A stretch of DNA of 64,000 nt from Candidatus Vogelbacteria bacterium (GCA_903864935.1 CAIPHT010000015.1:6618-70617), one strand, 5' to 3'; counted from the first letter of the stretch, positions 26,506 through 36,179 are shown. Made by a program: numbers and translations. Notes: a model not told the origin generated them from the letters alone.

Positions 26506-27375
26506 ATGCTAAAAATCATTGTGAAGAAGGATATCGAGAAAGACATTGCCCTAATAAAAAGAGAGCTTTTTGATGGGGGAGAGAATTACCGTCAGAGGAT
26601 TTTGAGTTATTATAAAACTTTGGCTGAAGAAATTAAGAACAAATCAAGAGAAGAAGCCGAGGAAATTGCCGATAATTTTTTCCGCAGGCAATACCATAAG
26701 ATGGCAGAAGATATTGACGAGATTGTTAAGGAGAGCCAAGAAATTTTAGAAGATAGATCAGAAGCTTGCCTCAATAAGCTTGTCGAACTAATGGACTATA
26801 AAATAAAAAGGGACGAAGAGTTTGTGGTTATTCCTACGTTGTTACCATATTCTCCTTTCCATCGGCCAACCGTTTATTTTTCTTTAATTACTCGACTGTA
26901 TTTGGGTAGAGGAAACATGATTTTGGATATCGCTATTCACGAGATATCCCACTTCTTATTTTTTGATATATTGAATGAGATTGGAGCGGATATCATAAAA
27001 ATTGAACCTAAAGAGTTTGGCTTCTGGTATCTCTTTAAAGAAGCTCTGACAGGGATGCTCTTGTCAGAAAAAGAGTTAGAAGATTTACTTGAAAGAAAAG
27101 GTTATAAGGGTAATCCTGAAGTTGAGAATCTCTCTGTCCAGAAAGAGGGCTCGGCTGATAAGATAACGCTAAGAGAATATTTAAGAGAAAGGCTCAACGA
27201 CCATAAGCAGAACGGCTCATGCTTTAATTCCTTTATTAAAGAGATTATTTCTGAACTCCGACCTCAAGTGGAAGCCTTTGAGGCAAAGAATAATTTTTGG
27301 GTTAAGAATGAGGAGGAAATAAAAAAATGGAATCAAGATTTAATTAGAGAGTACGAGGAGCCAATTTTAATTTAA
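26506..27375 (+). CDS. HExxH-containing hypothetical protein
   Basis: IAIHEISHFLF...KEAL. Confidence 0.6.
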   Translation: MLKIIVKKDIEKDIALIKRELFDGGENYRQRILSYYKTLAEEIKNKSREEAEEIADNFFRRQYHKMAEDIDEIVKESQEILEDRSEACLNKLVELMDYKIKRDEEFVVIPTLLPYSPFHRPTVYFSLITRLYLGRGNMILDIAIHEISHFLFFDILNEIGADIIKIEPKEFGFWYLFKEALTGMLLSEKELEDLLERKGYKGNPEVENLSVQKEGSADKITLREYLRERLNDHKQNGSCFNSFIKEIISELRPQVEAFEAKNNFWVKNEEEIKKWNQDLIREYEEPILI

Positions 27376-27382
27376 TTACAAA

Positions 27383-27982
27383 ATGAAAAAGATTGGTGAA
27401 GGTTGGCAATATGGTGTCTATGATTTAGAGAACGGGCGGGTGTTGAAGAAATTTCACTCACCGCTAAAATCGTACTGGGTAATATTAAAAGATATTTTTC
27501 CTTTTAAACAGGATTCGATTTTTGAGATACCCGGTTTTTCGCGGGGGATGAAAGTTAAGGCCCTTGAGTCATTCGAAATTCTGAAAAAGAAAAATCTCCC
27601 GCCGGAATGGCTGGGGAATCCTAAATTTATAAATGATCTAGACTTCGAGCAAGATAAGGCCTTTCCTCTCCATGACATTTTTTCTCAATCCGAGGTTGAA
27701 GAAGCGAAGGGGATTATTGATAAATTTGTTGAGTTTAATAAAAAGTTATTAGAGAGAGGGGTGATAGATAAGAGCTTTAACATCACTAAGAATTATGGGC
27801 TAAATAGTGACGGAGAAATTGTCTTGATTGATATTGGAGAATTATTTGATAATCCGGAAAGAATAAAAGAACAATGCGCGGGTCGCGCTTGGGCCAAGGA
27901 TTATGTTGCTGGCCGTATTGCCAATGACGTGGCAAGAGAGTATTTTATTAAGGAGATGGATAAGAATTTTGAATCTAATTAA
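27383..27982 (+). CDS. protein-kinase-like fold protein
   Basis: KIGEGWQYGVY...VLKK, NYG...VLIDIGE. Confidence 0.6.
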   Translation: MKKIGEGWQYGVYDLENGRVLKKFHSPLKSYWVILKDIFPFKQDSIFEIPGFSRGMKVKALESFEILKKKNLPPEWLGNPKFINDLDFEQDKAFPLHDIFSQSEVEEAKGIIDKFVEFNKKLLERGVIDKSFNITKNYGLNSDGEIVLIDIGELFDNPERIKEQCAGRAWAKDYVAGRIANDVAREYFIKEMDKNFESN

Positions 27983-28501
27983 ATGAAAAAGAAAATCACC
28001 GTAAATGATTTAATGCAGAAGGGCTATATTTATTATCTCACGGAGTTAGAAGGGAAGAATTTTGCTAAAGACTTCAAACCGGATTTGTCGCCCAAACAAA
28101 TGCTTAAGTTGGGTGTCTTCGGTGGGCGCTATATGCGTGATTGCCAGAAAGAGTTTCCATCAGACTGGTTCAAGGGGGCCAAACTCTTGCCGATGGGAGT
28201 GAGGGGTCATGATCCTAAATTAAACCTCTTCGGGGTAGATGCTTCGCAGCCACTTGCGGTGTGGCGCAAGAAGGGCTGGATTAATGAAGAGCATGACCCG
28301 AGGGGTTGGTTCCAATGGTACTGTCGTTATTATCTGGGGCGTCGTTTGCCAGAGGAGGATGAGAAACAGATTAAGCGTTGGCGCGCCATTAATCGTCATT
28401 TGGCACAGTTAAGAAAAAACTGTAGGGTCGGGGATCTAAATTGCCGCCGTCGCCAACGTCAGGCTGTTCTCCACTGGGCCTATGATAGTCGCAAAATTTA
28501 G
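27983..28501 (+). CDS. conserved hypothetical protein
   Basis: ML.LGVFGG.Y, DPRGWFQWYCRYYLGRR, RQAVLHWAY. Confidence 0.75.
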   Translation: MKKKITVNDLMQKGYIYYLTELEGKNFAKDFKPDLSPKQMLKLGVFGGRYMRDCQKEFPSDWFKGAKLLPMGVRGHDPKLNLFGVDASQPLAVWRKKGWINEEHDPRGWFQWYCRYYLGRRLPEEDEKQIKRWRAINRHLAQLRKNCRVGDLNCRRRQRQAVLHWAYDSRKI

Positions 28502-28515
28502 GGTATAAATAATAT

Positions 28516-28965
28516 ATGTCTGAAGAAAAAAAGAGAGTGGGTGCGGGGTTTGGAGTTATTCTTGAGAAAGATGGCAAAATTCTCATGGGACTAAGGCACC
28601 CTGATCCGGACAAAGCGGACTCGGCTTTTAGAAGCTCTGGTGAATGGTGTTTGCCGGGTGGTAAACTGGAGTGGGGTGAATCTTTTGAAGATGGGGCAGT
28701 CCGCGAAGTTAAGGAGGAGACAGATATTGATATTAAAAATCCTCAAGTTATTTCTGTCCATAATTGCAAGAACGAGCATGCCCACTTCATGACCGTGGGC
28801 CTTATCACTCACGAGTGGCAAGGGGAGGCCAAGGTCACCGAGCCTGATGAGATTGTCGACTGGCAATGGTTTGGACTAAAACAACTTCCCGAGAAAATTT
28901 ATTTTCCCAGTCAAGAAGTAATTGAGAATTATTTGCAAGGTAAGTTTTATATTGAGAGAAAGTAA
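28516..28965 (+). CDS. Nudix hydrolase (MutT/NUDT15-like)
   Basis: WCLPGGKLEWGES...REVKEET, EPDE..W.WF. Confidence 0.88.
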   Translation: MSEEKKRVGAGFGVILEKDGKILMGLRHPDPDKADSAFRSSGEWCLPGGKLEWGESFEDGAVREVKEETDIDIKNPQVISVHNCKNEHAHFMTVGLITHEWQGEAKVTEPDEIVDWQWFGLKQLPEKIYFPSQEVIENYLQGKFYIERK

Positions 28966-28969
28966 ATTT

Positions 28970-29308
28970 ATGATAACTATTGAAGATTTTGAAAAAGTTG
29001 ATATTCGGGTCGGGAAGATTGTGGGAATTGCCGATTTTCCTGAAGCGAAGAAGCCGGCTTATAAATTGAAGATTGATTTTGGTCCTGAGTTGGGGATTAA
29101 AGTCTCTAGCGTGCAGGCAGTCGGTGCTCATACCAAAGAGGAGCTCCTTAACTCTCTGGTTTGTTGTGTTGTTAATTTCCCGCCGAGACAGATTGGACCT
29201 TTTCTCTCCGAAGTCTTAACCCTTGGTTTTAAAAATAATGCTGGCACTGGTTGGGTCCTGATCACTACAAAAAATGGCAATGTCGATCTTGGTTCAAAAT
29301 TAGCTTAA
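28970..29308 (+). CDS. csaA: tRNA-binding/export chaperone CsaA
   Basis: DFEKVDIRVGKI..FPEAKKPAYKL.IDFG, VVNFPPRQIGPFLSEVLTLG. Confidence 0.9.
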   Translation: MITIEDFEKVDIRVGKIVGIADFPEAKKPAYKLKIDFGPELGIKVSSVQAVGAHTKEELLNSLVCCVVNFPPRQIGPFLSEVLTLGFKNNAGTGWVLITTKNGNVDLGSKLA

Positions 29309-29316
29309 AAAATAAC

Positions 29317-29925
29317 ATGCAAAAAATTTCTACAATTTGCGTTTTTGGAGACAGCACCGCTTGGGGGGCTTGGGATATGGAGAAGGGTGGTTGGGTCAAT
29401 CGGCTGTGGTTTTATATTGGTCAGAAAACTGATGGCGATTGCGAAGTTTATAACTTGAGTATCTCTGGCGGGACAACACAGACGATTCTTGACCGTTTTG
29501 AAGCTGAGGCAAAAATTAGGGATGCCGATGCTCTCATCTTCCAGTCCGGGGGCAATGACGCCTGCCTCTTGGGTAAGGCTGGCTCTAATAGAATACCTCT
29601 AGAACAATTCAGGAGAAACTTAGAAAAAATTATCAGCTGGGCCAAAAATCTAACAACGAATATTGCCTTCGTCGGATTTGATATTGTTGATGAGACAAAA
29701 ACGACACCCGTGCCTTGGGGCGATTTTTATTATACTAATTCTGAAATTGAGAGGTATAACAAAGAGATGGAAAAGGTTTGCAACGAGCAGGGGATTTTAT
29801 TTTTAGATATTTTTAATCTCCTTTCTAAAGAAGATCTCGAAGATGGTTTGCATCCTAATGTGCGAGGCCATGAGAAAACCTTTGTAATGGCCAAAGACTT
29901 TTTGGAGAAAAACGGCTGGTTTTAG
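29317..29925 (+). CDS. SGNH/GDSL hydrolase
   Basis: FGDSTAWG, GGND, DGLHPN. Confidence 0.9.
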   Translation: MQKISTICVFGDSTAWGAWDMEKGGWVNRLWFYIGQKTDGDCEVYNLSISGGTTQTILDRFEAEAKIRDADALIFQSGGNDACLLGKAGSNRIPLEQFRRNLEKIISWAKNLTTNIAFVGFDIVDETKTTPVPWGDFYYTNSEIERYNKEMEKVCNEQGILFLDIFNLLSKEDLEDGLHPNVRGHEKTFVMAKDFLEKNGWF

Positions 29926-30007
29926 GCCTTATTGGCGGACTTGACAGGCTTTTGGGTAGTTATTATAATCAAGAAAGTATTTTATTATTAATTAGTCACT
30001 AATTTAG

Positions 30008-31084
30008 ATGAAAAACAAAAAATTGTTATGGCTCGTGGTTGCTGTCATTATTATTGTTGTTCTCGTTATTATCTTTAAATCTTCTCCTGCTAAGACGGCT
30101 CTCACTTCTGAGTCCGGCACCTTCACCGTTGGGGCTGTCCTCCCTATGACTGGTCCGGCTGCTCTCTGGGGCGAGACGGTTAAGAACGGTATGGAGTTGG
30201 CTCTTGCTAAGAAGTCGGGGATTAAGGTCCTCTATGAGGATAGTAAGTCGACGGCCGCTGATGGTATCTCCGCTTATAATTTATTGCAGAGCAAGAAGGT
30301 AGATCTCACTGTCTCTGAATTATCTCTGGTGGCCGTTCCTCTCTCTAAGATTGCTCTTGAGACCAAAGCTCCACTCTTGGTTTCTCTTGTGGCCGCTAAA
30401 CATACCTCAATTGTTAATGATTATACAACTCGTTATTATACTAATCCGACTAACTATGCGACCCCCGCTTTTACCGATGCAATGTCTCCCGTTCTTAAGG
30501 CTAAGAAAATTGCTCTCCTTACTCGCAATGACGAACTCGGGATCTCTGTTCGTGACAAGATTAAAGAGTTAAGCTCTGCTAATGGCAAAGAGATTGTCTA
30601 CCAGGATTCTTTTGTTCCGGCTGAGAAGGATTATCGCACAACCCTCTTGAAGGCTAAGAACTCTGGTGCCGACGTCTTCATCTTTGTCGCTTCAACTCCG
30701 GGCGAAGCTCTGGGGATTGTAAAGACTGCCAGTGAGATTAAGCTTGGCATGCCAATTGTTGAGTCATCCGCTGTTTTTGCTGATCTGGCTACTCGCAAGC
30801 AGGCTGAAGGGATTTCTTTCTACGCTACTTCTTATGATTTTTCTCTCCCCGGCAAGGCTGAAGACTTCAAAACTAGTTATCTCGCCAAGTTTGGCAAGGA
30901 ACCGAATTTTGGTGCGGCCTTTGGTTATGACATGGTTAATCTGATTGATGTCTGTAAGGCTAAGAAAGAAGCGGTTCGAGATTGTCTCTCTGGAGTCAAA
31001 CAACTCGAAGGTGTTGCTGGTGTTGCCACTCAAGTTGAAGCCGGTGACTTTGTTGTCCCAATGCATCTAGAGAAAGTAAACTAA
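30008..31084 (+). CDS. LivJ-like substrate-binding protein (no permease nearby)
   Basis: TM anchor, VGAVLPMTGPAA.WG, YEDSK, DYRTTLLK, AFGYD. Confidence 0.85.
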   Translation: MKNKKLLWLVVAVIIIVVLVIIFKSSPAKTALTSESGTFTVGAVLPMTGPAALWGETVKNGMELALAKKSGIKVLYEDSKSTAADGISAYNLLQSKKVDLTVSELSLVAVPLSKIALETKAPLLVSLVAAKHTSIVNDYTTRYYTNPTNYATPAFTDAMSPVLKAKKIALLTRNDELGISVRDKIKELSSANGKEIVYQDSFVPAEKDYRTTLLKAKNSGADVFIFVASTPGEALGIVKTASEIKLGMPIVESSAVFADLATRKQAEGISFYATSYDFSLPGKAEDFKTSYLAKFGKEPNFGAAFGYDMVNLIDVCKAKKEAVRDCLSGVKQLEGVAGVATQVEAGDFVVPMHLEKVN

Positions 31085-31115
31085 GTTTCAAAAGTTTTAA
31101 GTATAAAAAGTAAAG

Positions 31116-31140
31116 CGCCTCGGGTCGAAACCCGGGGCGC
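31116..31140. terminator. hairpin between convergent genes
   Basis: CGCCTCGGGT-CGAA-ACCCGGGGCG. Confidence 0.65.
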
Positions 31141-31183
31141 TTGTCGAATGTTGGGAACGTGGACAGTACTTGTTGCGGAGGGC

Positions 31184-32200
31184 CTAGGCCTTCTTGCCTT
31201 CGGACTCCGGCGGGGTGGCCTCGTCTTCGGGTTTGACCAACTTTGTGACCTCGGCGAGGAGCTCAAGCAATGAGTCGCGGGCATCGCTGGCGTCGTTGAT
31301 GCGCTCGGCGAGCCCCTCGAGGTCCTTGCGGTAGGTCCTGATGTTGTCCTCGAGGCTGTTGCCCTCGGAGTCCTCTTCGATGTTGTCGAGGAGATCCCCG
31401 ATTTCCTTCTTGAGGGCGTCGATGGCTTGGAAGGCCCCGTAGATGCCGGTGTCGTTGTCATCCAACGCGACGGCACGGGCTTTGAGGGCCTCGAACTTGG
31501 CCTTCAACTCTTCGGCTGGGCCCATGAGTTTCTCTGCGGCTTCGATACTCGCCTTGTGGTCGGCGAAGTATCCGTTTATGCGGTTATACTTGGCCTTGGC
31601 GTCATTATCTCCCTCGTCTTCGAGGTTGGACAGGCCTTTGCGAATTTCGTCATCGACATTGTCGGCGTCAGACAGAGCCTGGTCGCGCAATCTCCGGGCT
31701 TCTTGCAACCGGTTGACTCGATTCTTGATTTCCTCTTGCCTGGCCACGAGTTCCTCAACTTGCCGCATTTGTTCATCGTGACCCAAGTTGGCTTTCTCGA
31801 ATTGCTCCGTTCTGGCTAGCTGGTCGGCCAGCGAGAGTTTGAGTTCTCCCACTTTGTGGGCGGGACTTTCTTCTTTGAGACCCTCCATAACTTGTTCAAT
31901 CTCTCTCCCTGTCCGGCCACTTTTGTTGAGCATGTAGTCGGTACTTGCTCTCCAGTCTCTCAGCTTGATGTTTTCCTGGACCAGCTCGCGTTTTTTGTAA
32001 GCTTGGACCAGGGAAATGAGCAGGATAGCCACGAGACTTAAGGCTATGGCACCGGCGCAGCGTTTGTCCAGATCGGTCGGGTTGTTGGCGACCATTTCGA
32101 CAACGTTGTCGTTTTGGTGGAGTGATACGCGGGGGGTTGTGGCAATGACAACCAAACTCCCCACCACAAAAATCAAAAACAGCAATTTCACAAGGTTCAT
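31184..32200 (-). CDS. orphan 2-TM coiled-coil protein
   Basis: ATG 32200 after GAGGGAG SD; GC-rich codons; long heptad-like region. Confidence 0.7.
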   Translation of the reverse strand: MNLVKLLFLIFVVGSLVVIATTPRVSLHQNDNVVEMVANNPTDLDKRCAGAIALSLVAILLISLVQAYKKRELVQENIKLRDWRASTDYMLNKSGRTGREIEQVMEGLKEESPAHKVGELKLSLADQLARTEQFEKANLGHDEQMRQVEELVARQEEIKNRVNRLQEARRLRDQALSDADNVDDEIRKGLSNLEDEGDNDAKAKYNRINGYFADHKASIEAAEKLMGPAEELKAKFEALKARAVALDDNDTGIYGAFQAIDALKKEIGDLLDNIEEDSEGNSLEDNIRTYRKDLEGLAERINDASDARDSLLELLAEVTKLVKPEDEATPPESEGKKA

Positions 32201-32349
32201 CTGACGTTCTCCCTCATTTTTTCCGCCGGAGCGGAACAAGTTTTCCTGAGCGGAATGCCCAGGTCTGGGCATACATATAGCACTAAAGGTAAGGGGTGTC
32301 AATGGCTACTTCTTGCTATTTTTTAAGAATAGTGATATAATTAGAATAT

Positions 32350-32943
32350 ATGAAAAACTTTAATCAAGGAGGAGGTAATCGCTTTGGCGGTAACCGTAGT
32401 GGAGGTTCTCGTTTTGGTGGCGGTCGCCCTGGTGGAGATCGTGGCCCGGTAACTATGCATAAGGCTATTTGTAGCGATTGTGGTAATTCTTGTGAAGTAC
32501 CTTTTCGCCCTACTGGTGATAAGCCAATCTTCTGTAGCGATTGTTTCAGCGCCAAGCGTGGCGGAGATGCTCCTCGTGAGTCATCTCGAGCCGGTAGCTT
32601 TGGTGGCGATCGTTTACCTCGTAAGGACTTCAGCGATCGTGGCCCACGTCCTAGCTTCGGTGGTGCCTCTAGCGCCCCACGTGGCAATGACGATGTTAAG
32701 AAGCAATTAGAATTTTTGGGTCTTAAGATTGACCGTCTGACCAAGATTGTTGAAGGCTTAACTCCTGGGCATGCTCACACTACGCCAGAAAAATCTGCTC
32801 AAGTTAAGGAGGCTATCAAGGATGCCACTTCAACTAAGAAAGTTATGGTTAAGGAAGTGAAGGCTCCGGTTAAAAAAACTGTTGCCAAAACTCCAGCTAA
32901 GGCTGTTGTTAAGAAGGCTGTTAAGAAAACAGTCAAGAAATAA
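32350..32943 (+). CDS. CxxC-x17-CxxC domain protein with RGG-rich and basic tails
   Basis: MHKAICSDCG..CEVPFRPTGDKPIFCSDCF. Confidence 0.88.
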   Translation: MKNFNQGGGNRFGGNRSGGSRFGGGRPGGDRGPVTMHKAICSDCGNSCEVPFRPTGDKPIFCSDCFSAKRGGDAPRESSRAGSFGGDRLPRKDFSDRGPRPSFGGASSAPRGNDDVKKQLEFLGLKIDRLTKIVEGLTPGHAHTTPEKSAQVKEAIKDATSTKKVMVKEVKAPVKKTVAKTPAKAVVKKAVKKTVKK

Positions 32944-32949
32944 AACATA

Positions 32950-32987
32950 AAACAAAAAGGCCTCTCCGGAGGCCCTTTTTGTTTTTT
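32950..32987. terminator. bidirectional terminator
   Basis: AAACAAAAAGGCCTC-TCCG-GAGGCCCTTTTGTTT. Confidence 0.75.
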
Positions 32988-32989
32988 TA

Positions 32990-33376
32990 TTATTTATTAC
33001 TCTCAGTTAATTCATCGAGCTTATCTTCAATCGTGTTTAATTCTCGGAGAACTTTTTTGAGTTGATCTTCTTCGCCCAATATTTCTTCTTCAGTTTTCTC
33101 AATTATTTTTTTCTCACCTTTAAGACTAGAGATGATGAAGCGATCTCCAATGAAGTAAGAGACGAAGAGGCCGGTGGCTAGCAGTATAATTATGCTAATA
33201 ATTAGGGCATCTAGATTTGATAATCCCATATCTTCGGAGAGACCCCAAACCGCACGCCAGAAGAGGACTATCCCAATTCCGCCAATTAAGGCATAGGCAA
33301 TGGGGAATTTGCTCAGAGACTTTCGGACATGGTCCTCTAATTTGTCAAAAAAGTTGAAGATTTTTTTGAATAACAT
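32990..33376 (-). CDS. hypothetical 2-TM protein
   Basis: FFDKLEDHVR...GIVLFWRAVW. Confidence 0.7.
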   Translation of the reverse strand: MLFKKIFNFFDKLEDHVRKSLSKFPIAYALIGGIGIVLFWRAVWGLSEDMGLSNLDALIISIIILLATGLFVSYFIGDRFIISSLKGEKKIIEKTEEEILGEEDQLKKVLRELNTIEDKLDELTESNK

Positions 33377-33424
33377 ATCTCGTATTTTACCGTTTTTGTG
33401 TTAAAATAGCCAATAGTAAAACAT

Positions 33425-34318
33425 ATGAGCAAGATTGCAATTATCGGCGCGGGAGAATTAGGTCAGGCCTTGGGGGAGATTCTTTCTTCTTCGCGAGAGG
33501 TTTTTTATTGGGATCGGAGTGAAGACCAATTGGCCAAGCTAAATTTACCCTTACTTTCTTTACCTGAAGTTGTGGCGGGAGCGGATTTTGTTTTTCTCTG
33601 TATCCCATCTTGGTGCGTAAGAGAGGCTCTCGCTTTTCTCTTGCCTTATTGGCCGGTCTCGGCGACCGCTGTCTTCTTCTCTAAGGGCATAGATGGGCCA
33701 ACGGGCAAATTACCCTTTGAGATGGCACAAAAATTGTTACCTAAGAAAGTTGATTTTGTTGTCGTGTCTGGCGCGATGATTGCTGAAGAAATTCGGACCG
33801 GACATTTTGGCGCTTGTCTGGTGGCCTCTAAGGGGCTTGAACCAAGCCAAAGAGTGGCAGAGATTTTTGCGGGGACGAATATTATGGCCGTTCCCTCGGC
33901 CGACCTTAAGGGCGTGGCCTGGGCTGGTGCTCTTAAGAATATTTATGCTCTAGGTGTCGGTATTGCTGAGGGTCTTGATTGGACGGTCAATGAGCGAGGA
34001 CTTCTCTTTGGTCAAGCCAACGAAGAAATTTTGAAATTGATTAAGCTCTTGGGTGGCAAACGTGAGACTTGGCTTATGGCCCCAATTTTGGGCGACTTTG
34101 CTGTTACCAGTTTTGACAATCATTCGCTTAATCATCAGGTTGGATTAGAACTTGGCCGTAATGGCCAGACCGAGAAGCGAAGCGAGGGCACCATGTCTCT
34201 GGCTCCGCTCATTGATCGCCTGAAGAAAAAAGGCCCCAAGGATTTTCCCATCCTCTTCAATCTTGCCCAAATCATCATCGCCCACGAAGATCCGAAGAAA
34301 GTCTTCGGAAAGTATTAA
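33425..34318 (+). CDS. gpsA: NAD(P)H-dependent glycerol-3-phosphate dehydrogenase
   Basis: IAIIGAGELG, SKGI, VSGAMIAEEI, GALKNIYA, LGDF.VT. Confidence 0.85.
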   Translation: MSKIAIIGAGELGQALGEILSSSREVFYWDRSEDQLAKLNLPLLSLPEVVAGADFVFLCIPSWCVREALAFLLPYWPVSATAVFFSKGIDGPTGKLPFEMAQKLLPKKVDFVVVSGAMIAEEIRTGHFGACLVASKGLEPSQRVAEIFAGTNIMAVPSADLKGVAWAGALKNIYALGVGIAEGLDWTVNERGLLFGQANEEILKLIKLLGGKRETWLMAPILGDFAVTSFDNHSLNHQVGLELGRNGQTEKRSEGTMSLAPLIDRLKKKGPKDFPILFNLAQIIIAHEDPKKVFGKY

Positions 34319-34333
34319 ACCCTCCCCACCGCC

Positions 34334-34369
34334 CCCGCCAGACCTCGGGCTCTCTTGAGGTCTGGCGGG
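34334..34369. repeat. 36-nt REP-like element
   Basis: CCCGCCAGACCTC-GGGCTCTCTT-GAGGTCTGGCGGG. Confidence 0.85.
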
Positions 34370-34489
34370 TTTCTATGCCCTTGACAAATAGGTCTATTTG
34401 GGTCTATAATGATAGACAGATAATCGAGACAGTGATGTCTCACAACAATCCCGTGAGGGAACCCGGTGACGGGAAGAAGGAATCTCGAA

Positions 34490-34906
34490 ATGAACTTTGG
34501 CAAAGGTACCGTTAACGCCATCCTCCAAGGTCAGAGGAACCTCGACCAGATGAGAGAAGAAGTCAACCAGTTTCTTGGCATGCTCGTTGGTATGGTGTCG
34601 AGCGACGAGTGGGGCAGGTTTTTGGGTAAGGCTAACTCGGCCTCTATCCCCAGCCCGATTGTCACGGTGGGTGACTCCCCCTGTTACTGGGAGTTCCGGG
34701 TCAGCAGACCAGTCCCCTTCGAGTTGTGGTTTGTTTATGGACACAGAGGCGAGGAGGTCTACAACTTCAAGGGACAGTGGAAAGACCTCAAGTACGTGGA
34801 GTTGGTCCGTGGACAACTTCATGAGCTCTTGAAGCTCTTTGTTGATACCTTCCCTGGTCTTGAAGGCCGCCTCCAGCCCTTCCTCAAGGCCTCTAAGATG
34901 GTCTGA
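34490..34906 (+). CDS. orphan protein
   Basis: Own TTGACA(34381)...TATAAT promoter, AAGGA SD, GC hairpin at 34912-34954. Confidence 0.65.
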   Translation: MNFGKGTVNAILQGQRNLDQMREEVNQFLGMLVGMVSSDEWGRFLGKANSASIPSPIVTVGDSPCYWEFRVSRPVPFELWFVYGHRGEEVYNFKGQWKDLKYVELVRGQLHELLKLFVDTFPGLEGRLQPFLKASKMV

Positions 34907-34965
34907 TTACCGCCCCGCACAAGAAGCCTCGCGCTTCATGTGCGGGGCTTCTTTGATTCTTCCTC

Positions 34966-35011
34966 AAATTTATTAACATTACTGACGGTCGTCACAAACT
35001 GTAATAAATTT
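34966..35011. repeat. TGACG-NN-CGTCA palindrome downstream of PaaX/Cas2-like gene
   Basis: AAATTTATTA-N7-TGACG-GT-CGTCA-N7-TAATAAATTT. Confidence 0.85.
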
Positions 35012-35037
35012 TCAATGTGAGTAAACAAAAAAGGAAA

Positions 35038-35556
35038 TTAAATAATATCCGTCTCTTTAACTTCAAAAAATTTCAGATGAGGAATAAGTTTCATATATTT
35101 GAGATCCTCAATAAATTCTTTTGGTAATGGAGCTGGGCCAAGCCAGACACTTTTTTGTAAGAGTTTAAAGTTTAGATGGAGCAATTGAAGACGTAGCCAA
35201 TTTCTATTTTTTCTCTCTGCTTCTGGTACGTCAAAAGTAATGATAATTTTTTTGTCTGATTTAGGAATAGGGGGATAGGAGGGATGCTTTTTATCTTGGC
35301 CTTGTTTTTTTGCTTTTTCCTTTCCTTGCCTCGTTGTCTCCCAAAAGTGACCATCATTCTTTACTAGCCCGTTTTTCTTGAGTCTTGAGAGTGTCACACG
35401 AAAAGAATTTTCTAGGGCTTTTATCTCTGCCCTTCTTCTTTTGTTTTGGTCTATTTGATCTTCTAAATAAAGATCACCCAGCATCAAAGATCTTAGCTGG
35501 CGATAATTTCCTGGGTGATTGGACAAGAGGATTAGAATTCTATCACTTATTCTCAT
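35038..35556 (-). CDS. wHTH + Cas2-like ferredoxin domain protein (PaaX-like)
   Basis: SFRVTLSRLKKNGLV...W.TT..G; IITFDVPEAERKNRNWLR..L..LNFKLLQKSVW. Confidence 0.85.
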   Translation of the reverse strand: MRISDRILILLSNHPGNYRQLRSLMLGDLYLEDQIDQNKRRRAEIKALENSFRVTLSRLKKNGLVKNDGHFWETTRQGKEKAKKQGQDKKHPSYPPIPKSDKKIIITFDVPEAERKNRNWLRLQLLHLNFKLLQKSVWLGPAPLPKEFIEDLKYMKLIPHLKFFEVKETDII

Positions 35557-35566
35557 ATCTCTAAAA

Positions 35567-35602
35567 TATTACACTAAATGACGGTCGTCTAAAATGTTAA
35601 TA
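35567..35602. repeat. TGACG-NN-CGTC palindrome over the promoter region of the PaaX/Cas2-like gene
   Basis: TATTA-N7-TGACG-GT-CGTCT-N7-TAATA, 10 nt upstream of the start codon. Confidence 0.8.
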
Positions 35603-35660
35603 AGTGGATAATGATGAGTTGGTTGGGGGGTGTGACTAAAGGTGAAAAGAGAAAATATCT

Positions 35661-36110
35661 TTAGAATAAACTCTCCACCACTTCTTTAATCACATTGCCG
35701 TCGGCGGCGCCTCTGGCTTCTTTGGAGATGGCGCCGATGAGCATGCCCATCTTTGTTTTGTCGGTGACACCGAGTTCGGCTTTTTTGGCTTCGGCGATTT
35801 TCACAATTTCTTCACGAGACATCTGGGCGGGAAGGAAGCTCTCGACAATGGCGAGTTCTCGCTTCTCACTCTCAGCCATCTCTGGGCGGTTGCCAATGGT
35901 GAATTGCTCGATCGATTCTTTGCGTTGTTTAGCGAGACGCTTGAGTACTGTGAGAGCCCCATCGTCGTCGATAAGTTCATCGGGTTTCTTGCCCTTGGCC
36001 ATTACTTCGCTAGTAAAGGCACTGACAATATTTCTAAGGGCACTTAAGCGCTCAGCTTCTTTGGCGAGCATGGCTTTCTTAATCTCGTCTTTGATTTGTT
36101 GGTGTAACAT
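35661..36110 (-). CDS. yqeY: GatB/YqeY domain protein
   Basis: KQRKESIEQF..GNR.EMAE.E..EL....FLPAQMS, MG.LIG...ADG. Confidence 0.92.
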   Translation of the reverse strand: MLHQQIKDEIKKAMLAKEAERLSALRNIVSAFTSEVMAKGKKPDELIDDDGALTVLKRLAKQRKESIEQFTIGNRPEMAESEKRELAIVESFLPAQMSREEIVKIAEAKKAELGVTDKTKMGMLIGAISKEARGAADGNVIKEVVESLF

Positions 36111-36179
36111 ATTATGTATGATTATGTCTAATATTTAGATAATAGCACAATTTTGAACAGATTTGCTATAATCTGGAGA

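Noticed and set aside
24566-29925. Integron cassette array
   Set aside because: Spacers are too short and lack RYYYAAC...GTTRRRY attC structure; no tyrosine integrase in the window.
34165-34190. GAAGCGAAGCGA string in gpsA resembling the hairpin cap
   Set aside because: No convincing flanking stem, and it encodes the region leading into the conserved EG motif with no apparent insertion.
35038-35556. CRISPR-Cas locus suggested by the Cas2-like domain
   Set aside because: No repeat-spacer array, cas1 or other cas genes in the window; the domain is fused to a wHTH as in PaaX-like proteins.
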